The notes under the pieces are model-generated. The model ran no database searches and was not told the origin of the DNA. It saw only the letters and a program-made list of their open reading frames with translations. This document shows positions 45,500-53,740 of a stretch of 64,000 nt of DNA, piece after piece. The position numbers and the translations under genes are program-made. The stretch comes from an uncultured Nitratifractor sp. (lineage in GTDB: Bacteria; Campylobacterota; Campylobacteria; Campylobacterales; Sulfurovaceae): positions 787 to 64,786 of the forward strand of contig CAJXJF010000001.1 in the NCBI GenBank assembly GCA_913054475.1, read 5' to 3'. Numbering within the stretch: the stretch's first letter is position 1; each line of letters begins with the position of its first letter.

Positions 45500-46146
45500 G
45501 AAATACTCTTTTAAAAAAAGCCGAAAAAGATCTCCTGAATCTTCCCGTCTATCAGAGGATTGCTCTGATATCGCTGGTATTTTCGTTTATCTTATGGTGC
45601 GGATGGTCTTTGTGGATTTCTGAGTTGAGTTCTGGCTTGCAAAGGATAGAGAGTGAAAATTCGAACCTCAAAAGAGAAATCAAAAAGAAAGATCTACAAA
45701 ACTATAGACGAGTACTTACAAAAATTCGCCAAGAGAGATTGCGACTTCGTGAAATACAGAAGGAGTATGACCGCAAATTGACATATATCAAAAGTAAAGC
45801 CAGAGAGTATGACTTCATGTGGTTCGATGAAGAGCGTTTTCTCCAGCTTTTCGAAAAGATTATGACCCATACCATTCGTCTCGGTATAAGGGTTGACAAG
45901 GTAGAGACACTCCCTATAGTCGCAACAACACGCAACAAATATATCGATACGAAAAAGAGAGTTTCGATAAGAGGTGCCGGAAATTTTGCCGATATTGTAA
46001 AGTTGCTTTATTATATAGAAAGTTTCAAAATTCTAATATCGATAAAATCTGTAGAGATCACTCTCGTAAAAAGTGGTAAAGATAGAGATTTTGAAAATGA
46101 ACTGAGATTCAACATCATAATGGAACAATATGGAGTGTCACTATGA
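45496..46146 (+). CDS. PilO/MshJ-like bitopic assembly protein
   Basis: N-terminal TM (IALISLVFSFILWCGWSLWI), a coiled coil and a C-terminal alpha/beta domain. 216 aa. ATGA overlaps on both sides. Confidence 0.55.
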   Translation: MRNTLLKKAEKDLLNLPVYQRIALISLVFSFILWCGWSLWISELSSGLQRIESENSNLKREIKKKDLQNYRRVLTKIRQERLRLREIQKEYDRKLTYIKSKAREYDFMWFDEERFLQLFEKIMTHTIRLGIRVDKVETLPIVATTRNKYIDTKKRVSIRGAGNFADIVKLLYYIESFKILISIKSVEITLVKSGKDRDFENELRFNIIMEQYGVSL

Positions 46147-46559
46147 AAAAGATATTGATAAGTGCCATCTGCCTATCTATATCCCTACTCCCTCTTCGTG
46201 CGGAAGAGGAATTTATAAAAGAGATTAAAAAGCTCATGAGAGAGAGTGCAAAACACAATACCCCCAAATATCCCGACTTCAAAATATACGATCCGTTCGA
46301 AAGAGTGAAAAAGGTCACAAAAAACTCTAAAAAAATAGATATCAAAGTACTTCCTCCCATGCCTGTCGTAAAGGGAATTATCGATGACAACGCCTTTATA
46401 GATGGCAAATGGAGAAAAGTGGGAGACTCCGTCGATACATACGAAATAGTTTCGATAGAGGGCAAAACGGTCACTCTCAAACTTGGAGAAAATCGATTTA
46501 CCATTACAGTATCCGCTAAATCGGACAACGGACATATAATAATCAAAGATAGAAAATGA
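46143..46559 (+). CDS. small secreted MshK/PilP-like protein
   Basis: Signal peptide MKKILISAICLSISLLPLRA. The C-terminal block AFIDGKWRKVGDSVDTYEIVSIEGKTVTLK is typical of PilP/MshK/GspC-type domains. Confidence 0.5.
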   Translation: MKKILISAICLSISLLPLRAEEEFIKEIKKLMRESAKHNTPKYPDFKIYDPFERVKKVTKNSKKIDIKVLPPMPVVKGIIDDNAFIDGKWRKVGDSVDTYEIVSIEGKTVTLKLGENRFTITVSAKSDNGHIIIKDRK

Positions 46560-48229
46560 AAAAGAAAAAGATAAGATTGGGGGAGCTCCTCCTTCAAAAG
46601 AGACTCATAGACGAGGATGAACTGGAGTATGCCATAAAAGTGCAACAAGAGCTCAACTATACCAAAGCTCTTGGAGAGATTCTAACCGACGAAGGTTTTA
46701 TAAGCGAAAAAGTTCTAGCCGAGCAGATATCGGAACAGATGGGTATAGAGTTCGTAGAACTCTACGCTATCGAACTGAATCAAAAACTGATTGAAAATTT
46801 CCCTTTCAAGGTACTTAAAAACGCAATGGCTCTACCTTTCAAAGAGGATGAGTACGAGATACATATCGCTACATCCGATCCTCTCAACTACAGTGCGCTC
46901 GAATCATTGGAGAAATATACGGATAGCCGTATCATAAGATTTTATATAACCACAAAAGAGGAAGTGCAGCATTTTTTCTATCGAATAGAGACTCTGCAAA
47001 ATACCCTCAAAATAGTGGAGAAGATCAAAAACGAGATAAAAAAGAGCGGCTACAGTGTGGAAAAGAGCGGTACGAGTGCAGTTATGGAGCTCATCCGTCT
47101 CATCATCCGGGTAGCGATAGTGCAAAATGCCAGTGACATCCATATCGAACCGAACAATTACGATATTTCCGTCAGAATCAGAAAAGATGGTGTTTTAAAA
47201 GAGGCTTTTCTCTTCGACATGGCTATCTTTCAGGCCATATCCTCACGCATAAAGATACTCGCGAATCTGGATATATCCGAGAGGCGGAGATCACAAGATG
47301 GCCGTTTCGAGCTCGCTATAGACGGCAAAGATTACGATTTCAGACTATCTACGGTTCCCACCTTGTATGGTGAATCGATAGTTATAAGAATTTTGGATAG
47401 ACAGAAGGTACTTCTGCGCATATCCGAACTAGGATTTGAAAATAGAAATCTTCAGATACTCGAAGATGTGATTCGAGAACCATATGGGATTATTCTTCTC
47501 ACAGGTCCTACTGGAAGCGGCAAAACAACTACACTCTATGCCGCCTTGAACGAGATCAAAAGTATAGAGAACAAGGTTATGACCATAGAAGATCCAGTTG
47601 AGTATAGCCTTCCTCTGATACAGCAAGTCCAGGTAAACGAAACGGTTGGCTACACTTTCGCCGAAGCACTCAGATCTTTTCTGAGACAGGATCCCGATGT
47701 GATAATGATAGGAGAGATTAGAGATCTCGAAACACTCAACGCGGCTGTACAGGCCTCTTTGACGGGGCATCTTGTCTTTTCCACTCTACATACGAACGAT
47801 GCACCGGGTGCGATCAATAGGATGATACAGATGGGGATGCAAAACTATCTCATTGCAGATTCGCTACTTGCAATCGTGGCTCAAAGATTGGTCAGAAAGA
47901 TATGCAAATATTGTAAAAAAGAGGTACAGTATCATAAAAATGTATTGAGAAAGGTTGAAAAATTGCTACCACAGAGAGCGAAGTTCTATCGCGGTAGCGG
48001 TTGTGAAAGGTGTGAGATGACAGGCTATATGGGGCGAACGCTGATTACGGAAATATTCAGAGTGGATGATATGATCTCTCAGAAGATAACAGGCAATGCA
48101 TCCAAGGCTGAAATAACGAGATATGCCATAAAAAAGGGACTTTATAGACCGATGATTGTAGATGGTCTTGGCAAAGCGTTAAATGGTATCACTACGATAG
48201 AAGAGGTAATGAGAGTGACTAGGAGCTGA
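46556..48229 (+). CDS. MshE/GspE-family pilus assembly ATPase with MshEN-type N-terminal domain
   Basis: Walker A GPTGSGKTTTLYA, the Asp/His boxes and a tetracysteine motif (CKYCKK...CERCEMTGYMGR). The N-terminus carries two RLGxxLLxxGLI-type motifs. Confidence 0.9.
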   Translation: MKKKKIRLGELLLQKRLIDEDELEYAIKVQQELNYTKALGEILTDEGFISEKVLAEQISEQMGIEFVELYAIELNQKLIENFPFKVLKNAMALPFKEDEYEIHIATSDPLNYSALESLEKYTDSRIIRFYITTKEEVQHFFYRIETLQNTLKIVEKIKNEIKKSGYSVEKSGTSAVMELIRLIIRVAIVQNASDIHIEPNNYDISVRIRKDGVLKEAFLFDMAIFQAISSRIKILANLDISERRRSQDGRFELAIDGKDYDFRLSTVPTLYGESIVIRILDRQKVLLRISELGFENRNLQILEDVIREPYGIILLTGPTGSGKTTTLYAALNEIKSIENKVMTIEDPVEYSLPLIQQVQVNETVGYTFAEALRSFLRQDPDVIMIGEIRDLETLNAAVQASLTGHLVFSTLHTNDAPGAINRMIQMGMQNYLIADSLLAIVAQRLVRKICKYCKKEVQYHKNVLRKVEKLLPQRAKFYRGSGCERCEMTGYMGRTLITEIFRVDDMISQKITGNASKAEITRYAIKKGLYRPMIVDGLGKALNGITTIEEVMRVTRS

Positions 48230-48231
48230 GT

Positions 48232-49467
48232 GTGCCGTACTATAAAATTCATTATAGAAGTGGAGGTGAAAACAGTTTCATAACAATAGAGGCGGCAGAT
48301 AGATTGGAGGCGATCGAGCATTTCAAGGAGCGCCGTATCGGCATCGCTATAGGCATAGAAGAGGCCAATAGAACCATGTCGATGTTCTTATCGGATATTT
48401 TTCCAAGCGACAGTACCATCCTTAGAAAAACAAGAGTGAATCAAGATGCATACATAGCCGCTTTGAGACTTATAGGCATACTTTTGGATGCCGGTTTGCC
48501 CATTACCACCTGTTTGAGAGAGGTTATCGATTCAAGTGAAGACAAAAAGCTAAAAACGATCTTTCAGGCCATACTCAATGAGCTCGAAAATGGAAAAAGC
48601 CTTTCGGATTCAAGCTATACTTTCAAAGATCAACTGGGTAATCTCTCACTCTCTATGTTTAAATTGGGCGAAGAGACGGGAACACTGGCTGCATCGATAC
48701 TGAAATTGGCGGATATTCTGGAGAAGATTCAGGATAATAGAAGAGCCCTGCTCAAAGCCACCAGATATCCCCTTTTTATAATAGTGGCCATGGCAGTAGC
48801 CTTCGCTATAGTGATAGTGATGGTAGTCCCCGAGTTTCAACAGGTATTCGAAGAGAGCAAGGTAGAGCTCCCCTTTCCTACTCTGATGCTTTTGTGGGTA
48901 GAAAATTCAATAAAATCATATGGTCCCTATATTCTGGGTTTTTCGATACTTTTTAGCTCTCTTTATTCACTGCTCTATAGTCAAATACAAAATATAAAAC
49001 TATATACGGATAGATTTATTTTGAAAATTTATCTCATCGGAATCATAACGAAATATGCTTTTTTGGGAAGATTCATATATATTTTCGATGTGCTGGTGGA
49101 TTCCGGTGTGCCGATAACGAAAGCTCTGGATACCTCGGTAGATGTAGTGGAAAATGAATGGATGAGACAACGACTGAGCGCAATCAAAGATACCATAGAG
49201 GGGGGGCACTCTATGACCCGAGCTTTTAGAGAGAGCGAAATGTTCGAAAGTGTAGTGCTTCAGTTGATCAAAGCTGGAGAAGAAGGCGGTGCTCTAAACA
49301 AGATGCTTCATAAAATTTCAAAATATTATGCCGATAGATATCAATATATCGTGGACAATATAGCGACAATGATAGAGCCGATTTTGATAACGGCTATAGC
49401 CGGTTTCGTTTTGATTCTGGCACTTGGAATCTTCCTACCGATGTGGGGTTTGGTGGATACAATATAA
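48232..49467 (+). CDS. GspF/PilC/MshG-family platform protein
   Basis: Duplicated T2SSF-type domain with three TM helices. 411 aa. The GTG start lies 2 nt after the ATPase stop. Confidence 0.85.
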   Translation: MPYYKIHYRSGGENSFITIEAADRLEAIEHFKERRIGIAIGIEEANRTMSMFLSDIFPSDSTILRKTRVNQDAYIAALRLIGILLDAGLPITTCLREVIDSSEDKKLKTIFQAILNELENGKSLSDSSYTFKDQLGNLSLSMFKLGEETGTLAASILKLADILEKIQDNRRALLKATRYPLFIIVAMAVAFAIVIVMVVPEFQQVFEESKVELPFPTLMLLWVENSIKSYGPYILGFSILFSSLYSLLYSQIQNIKLYTDRFILKIYLIGIITKYAFLGRFIYIFDVLVDSGVPITKALDTSVDVVENEWMRQRLSAIKDTIEGGHSMTRAFRESEMFESVVLQLIKAGEEGGALNKMLHKISKYYADRYQYIVDNIATMIEPILITAIAGFVLILALGIFLPMWGLVDTI

Positions 49468-49579
49468 AAAGGAGTGGCTCTTGGATACGCATAACGCTAC
49501 TATTTTCATAACTATCATAAGTACAATTGTATTATCGTTTTCTATTTGGCTTATCAAAAAGATTACAGATTTATGAGGC

Positions 49580-50023
49580 TTAGTTGTCTATGAGTTCGAA
49601 TATGCCGGTTGAGGGATTGTACTCCCAATAGTCGTTACCATCTGGTTTCCCAGCGATATCTGGGCTCTTCGCGGCCACATCGCCTCCAGAAGCGGGACCG
49701 TAATATTTATCGTCAACTTTTTTCCATCCGATCTTGCCGGCATTTCTCAATATCCTATCAAGAGGATTTCCCAATGTATCTGGATAACCGAATGAGTTCA
49801 ACTCATCTGCAGATATATCGAAACCACAAGTGAAATTACCCTCGTTCACTATCCATTGGCCATGGCAATCATCAAGTGCCGCTTGTACCGCACTCGCCGT
49901 AGCGAGCTCGGCGGAAATTTTGGCATTCTCTCTCAAGCCTCCGAACTTTGGGACGGCTACTGCTGTAAGTATGCCCATAATAACAATGACCATAATCATT
50001 TCAAGCAGAGTGAATGCCCGCAC
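49580..50023 (-). CDS. type IV pilin (MshB/MshA-like)
   Basis: GTG start. N-terminus MRA/FTLLEMIMVIVIMGILTAVAVPKF. 147 aa with one Cys pair. Confidence 0.8.
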   Translation of the reverse strand: MRAFTLLEMIMVIVIMGILTAVAVPKFGGLRENAKISAELATASAVQAALDDCHGQWIVNEGNFTCGFDISADELNSFGYPDTLGNPLDRILRNAGKIGWKKVDDKYYGPASGGDVAAKSPDIAGKPDGNDYWEYNPSTGIFELIDN

Positions 50024-50034
50024 CTCAATCTCTC

Positions 50035-50505
50035 TTAATCGTTTTGACTGCTTAGATGAATCGTGTAGCTTACAGTATTTGGGCTACAGTCGTATCCCTT
50101 GGCCTGCAGAGCCTCTTTCGCCGCCTTGCCTACATCGGTAGTGTCATCACAATAGATAGATACCGTAATGACTCCCATATCATCATAATCGATCGTGGCA
50201 CTAAGATCGTTGTTGCTGTCTGTATAGGTAGCGGTATCGTTTTCGTTGCTTATGGTCCACCTGTTACCTTGAAATTTATATAGATTCGTGATATTCAAAT
50301 CACCCAATTTGATATTGTTGAGTTCGGTGCTATTGAGAAAAGAGCTTGCACCCCCGCTTCCATTCAAATCGGATATCACGCTCACGATATTGCTTACACT
50401 GGCGTTTGCCTTCAGATTCCTGAATTTCGGTATGGCCATAGTCGCCAATATGCCGATAATCACAATTACAAAAATCAGCTCGATCAATGTAAAACCTCTT
50501 CTCAT
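50035..50505 (-). CDS. type IV pilin (MshA-like, probable major subunit)
   Basis: N-terminus MRRG/FTLIELIFVIVIIGILATMAIPKF, a C-terminal Cys pair, and a strong GGGAGG RBS. Confidence 0.8.
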   Translation of the reverse strand: MRRGFTLIELIFVIVIIGILATMAIPKFRNLKANASVSNIVSVISDLNGSGGASSFLNSTELNNIKLGDLNITNLYKFQGNRWTISNENDTATYTDSNNDLSATIDYDDMGVITVSIYCDDTTDVGKAAKEALQAKGYDCSPNTVSYTIHLSSQND

Positions 50506-50542
50506 CTCTTCCTCCCTTTCAAGTTTTCTAAATTACAGCTTC

Positions 50543-50548
50543 ATTATA
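50543..50548 (-). promoter_or_regulatory. candidate -10 box (TATAAT on minus strand) for the pilin genes
   Basis: The reverse complement reads GATGATATAATGAAG, about 38 nt upstream of the pilin ATG at 50505. Confidence 0.3.
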
Positions 50549-50691
50549 TCATCTTTTTGATAAAAAAGAGGTAGCAAAATTCTATTTTCAAGAATCTCCG
50601 CTTGAATGAGAAAGCTCTCTTGCGCTTTTACAGCATTATTTAAGGTACTTCGTGATATACATACGGGTTATTTAAAATCAGGAAAATAGAA

Positions 50692-52533
50692 TTGAATACG
50701 GATCGGAAATTTTTCATTTTTACAGCTACTCTGCTTTTGCTCTTCGCCGTTGCCATCATTATCAACGCCGCCATCAATTTTCGTAGCTACTCTCTCCAAA
50801 ATACCCGCGAAAAATCACAGCTTGTCGCACAGATTGTCCGCGACGGTCTTACAGCCCACATGCTTACCAATACGATGGATAAACGCTCGTTCTTTTTGCG
50901 TTCCATTGCCCGAACGAATGAGATAAAAAACCTTTGGATCGTCCGTTCGGCAAAGGTGGAAAAGCAGTTTGGAAAGGGGATGACGAGTGAAAAGCCCAAA
51001 GATGCGATAGATAGAGAGGTTCTCAGGAAAGGAGAGCCGGTAAAGAGACTTTTCGAAAACAGCGAAGATGCGATTTTTCGTATCACCATCCCCTATATAG
51101 CCTCGGCGTATAGCGATCCGAACTGCTTGGCATGCCATAAGGTAAATGAAGGAGATGTCCTCGGCGCGATCAGTTTGGAGTTCGATATCGGTAGTATTCG
51201 CCGCGAAGGAATCATTACGCTTCTGAAGATAGGAGCTATCACGCTGATTTTCATAATTTTGGCGCTTATAGCGGTTAGAATACTTACGAAACCCTACCTC
51301 GATTTTTTCGGAACTCTTCAAAACTCTCTTAAGCATGCAAGAAAAGGTGATTTCAGTCTCAAGGTACATACGAAAATCAAGGCGACGGATGTGCAAGCTG
51401 TCTGTGAGCTGTACAATATGCTGATCGAAAAGTTTCAAAATACAATCGGTACGATCGAGCATAAACTCGCTATACTATTGAAAGCTTCAAGTGGTAACTG
51501 TCGCGATCCTCTGGAGAAGGCATCTAAAACTATCGATATGCTGTCGGATATACACCGTTTCAAGATGACCATAGAGCACGATTCGAGTGTTGCGCAGATC
51601 TTTGAGCGTATTGCGAAGGTCATCAGGATTGTGATGAAGACGGAGAGCTTTTTGATATACGAAATCGACAGCAAAAGAAATCTAAGGACCATCGTATATA
51701 AAACTGTCGATGAGATTGTCTGCTCTAAAATATCCATGGAGAATGCGCATGAGTGTCGGGCTTTTCGTACCCAAAGTACCGTCTCCTCCGATCTCTTTCC
51801 GCAATTATGCAAAAGCTACACCGGTAGTTTTGCCTTTCACTACTGCATACCCTTCTCCGTAACCGATAGTTACTCCATTGTCATTATGCTCCTATGCGAA
51901 GAGCAAAAAGAGGTTACATATTTCAAAGAAAATCTCTTCACTCTGCGCAACTATCTCGAAAATGCAAAGCCTGTAATAGAGAGTAGACTGTTGATGGAAA
52001 AACTCAAAGATAGATCTCTTCGTGATGGATTGACCGGAGTATATAATAGAAAATTCATCGAAGAGTTTATCGACAAAGCCAATTTGCAGGCGGAGCGTCA
52101 TGCCACCTCCTATGCGGTATTGATGCTCGATATCGACTACTTCAAGCAGGTCAACGATCAATACGGACACGATATTGGTGATAAGTTTATCAAACTTCTT
52201 ACCCAAACTATCGAAAAAAATATAAGAAAAGCAGATATCGTCGCCCGTTACGGCGGAGAGGAGTTTGTTTTGCTACTTCACGAAAGCTCCTTCAAAGGTG
52301 CCGAAGCCGTTGCGGAAAAGATTAGAGACTCTTTTTCCAAAAAAGCCATACTTGTCAACGGCAAGCACATAAACAAAACCGTTTCAATCGGCATAAGTTT
52401 CTTTCCCGAAAATGCAAAAGCCTTACGCGAAGCGATCAAATATGCCGATGTCGCCCTCTACAAAGCGAAAGAGAGCGGCAGAAATCGTGTAGTTGTATTC
52501 AAAGCAGAGATGTATCAGCATGAACAGTATTGA
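50692..52533 (+). CDS. membrane diguanylate cyclase with periplasmic CxxCH (heme c) Tll0287/DUF3365-like sensor, HAMP and GAF-like region
   Basis: Domain order is TM, periplasmic domain, TM. The periplasmic domain contains CLACH (51124-51138) followed by GDVLGAISLEF. The GGDEF domain has an intact GGEEF (52252-52266) and I-site RKAD (52225-52236). TTG start. Confidence 0.8.
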   Translation: MNTDRKFFIFTATLLLLFAVAIIINAAINFRSYSLQNTREKSQLVAQIVRDGLTAHMLTNTMDKRSFFLRSIARTNEIKNLWIVRSAKVEKQFGKGMTSEKPKDAIDREVLRKGEPVKRLFENSEDAIFRITIPYIASAYSDPNCLACHKVNEGDVLGAISLEFDIGSIRREGIITLLKIGAITLIFIILALIAVRILTKPYLDFFGTLQNSLKHARKGDFSLKVHTKIKATDVQAVCELYNMLIEKFQNTIGTIEHKLAILLKASSGNCRDPLEKASKTIDMLSDIHRFKMTIEHDSSVAQIFERIAKVIRIVMKTESFLIYEIDSKRNLRTIVYKTVDEIVCSKISMENAHECRAFRTQSTVSSDLFPQLCKSYTGSFAFHYCIPFSVTDSYSIVIMLLCEEQKEVTYFKENLFTLRNYLENAKPVIESRLLMEKLKDRSLRDGLTGVYNRKFIEEFIDKANLQAERHATSYAVLMLDIDYFKQVNDQYGHDIGDKFIKLLTQTIEKNIRKADIVARYGGEEFVLLLHESSFKGAEAVAEKIRDSFSKKAILVNGKHINKTVSIGISFFPENAKALREAIKYADVALYKAKESGRNRVVVFKAEMYQHEQY

Positions 52534-52580
52534 AATCAAATACTAATCAGCTTATCCGAGTAGGTCTATCTCTGGGGAGC

Positions 52581-52964
52581 TTAGTTTTGTGGGTTTTCCT
52601 GCTCTGCCTGCTCTTTGGCTATCTCTTCGCGTACCATATCCATATCGAGTTCTTTGACCTGAGATATGATATCTTCGAGAGCGTCTTCGGGGAGCATACC
52701 TGCCTGATTGAAGACTACAATCCCCTCTTTGACAATCATAACCGTGGGGATGGAGCGTATCTGAAAGTGTCCTGCGAGAGCCTGTTCCTCTTCGGTATTG
52801 ACTTTGCCAAAAACAATATCTGGGTGTTTCTGGGCCACCTTTTCGAAGATGGGTGCGAAAGATCTGCAGGGTCCGCACCATGGGGCCCAGAAGTCGAGTA
52901 TCGCTATGGGAGCTTTCTGTACTTCTTCGTTGAAGTTTTCGGCGTTGAGATTTACGAGTGCCAT
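52581..52964 (-). CDS. thioredoxin (second copy) with acidic C-terminal tail
   Basis: [11 protein letters not shown] active site. 127 aa. The tail reads MVREEIAKEQAEQENPQN. Confidence 0.85.
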   Translation of the reverse strand: MALVNLNAENFNEEVQKAPIAILDFWAPWCGPCRSFAPIFEKVAQKHPDIVFGKVNTEEEQALAGHFQIRSIPTVMIVKEGIVVFNQAGMLPEDALEDIISQVKELDMDMVREEIAKEQAEQENPQN

Positions 52965-53147
52965 GAATTACCTTTTGTGAAAAATTAAAAACGCAATTAT
53001 GACATATCGAGCTGAAAGCTTGTGGCGCTACCTGCCTAATTTTTCTTTAAAGTCAAATATAGTGGCAAATTCAGCATTTTTTAATGTAGGTAGCCGATAG
53101 AATATTACAATCGGTTATCCGGTCATAAAAAAAGAAGGAGGAACCAG

Positions 53148-53696
53148 ATGAAAAAGTTGTTGCAGAGTGCGGAAGGCGGGAAGAGATGGCGAGTTCTTGT
53201 AGTCGTAATCTTTTCTATAATGCTAAGCAGTGTTTTGGAGGGGGAGTCTTATGCGCAGATGAGTTGTTATAAGTTATGGTATAGTAGAAATTCGATATTT
53301 GCGGAAAAAGGATACTGTTTTACATCCGCAGAAGCTATCTCTGTATTTGGAAGACGATGTTATCCTCCATATGGCAGGTTGAGTCGATGGGAGGAGAATG
53401 AAGTTGAGAATATCAAATACTGGGAGAGACGCAAGGGGTGTCCTTCGCACATATCGACCTCCTATTCATCCTACAACAACGGCGGTAGTGCTATCGGCTA
53501 TGCCAGAGTGAGCGGTATCAGATTTGATGACACACTCGCTGTCAGAAGCGGACCTTCGACCCAATATATGAGGATAGGAGAGTTGCCACCCAATGCTGTC
53601 GGAATTGAGATATTGGAGTGTAGAGGGAGATGGTGTCGAATCAGATATGGCAGACTTGTGGGATGGTCATATGCCAAATATCTGAGAACGCAATAA
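53148..53696 (+). CDS. YARHG-domain + SH3-like domain membrane-anchored/secreted protein
   Basis: An N-terminal hydrophobic segment is followed by the YARHG-type block CYKLWYSRNSIFAEKGYCF. The C-terminal part is bacterial SH3-like (LAVRSGPSTQYMRIGELPPNA...WCRIRYGRLVGWSYAKYL). Confidence 0.65.
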   Translation: MKKLLQSAEGGKRWRVLVVVIFSIMLSSVLEGESYAQMSCYKLWYSRNSIFAEKGYCFTSAEAISVFGRRCYPPYGRLSRWEENEVENIKYWERRKGCPSHISTSYSSYNNGGSAIGYARVSGIRFDDTLAVRSGPSTQYMRIGELPPNAVGIEILECRGRWCRIRYGRLVGWSYAKYLRTQ

Positions 53697-53740
53697 AGAG
53701 ATGATTCGTTTTAGCTAATGTCTGCTTCGAGAGGGAGCCC

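Noticed and set aside
52530-52988. A 152-aa plus-strand ORF overlapping the DGC stop and covering the second thioredoxin gene. A similar case is 25945-26340 on the minus strand, opposite trxA.
   Set aside because: The opposite-strand thioredoxin ORFs carry the WCGPC active site and full-length family similarity. The shadow ORFs have no motifs.
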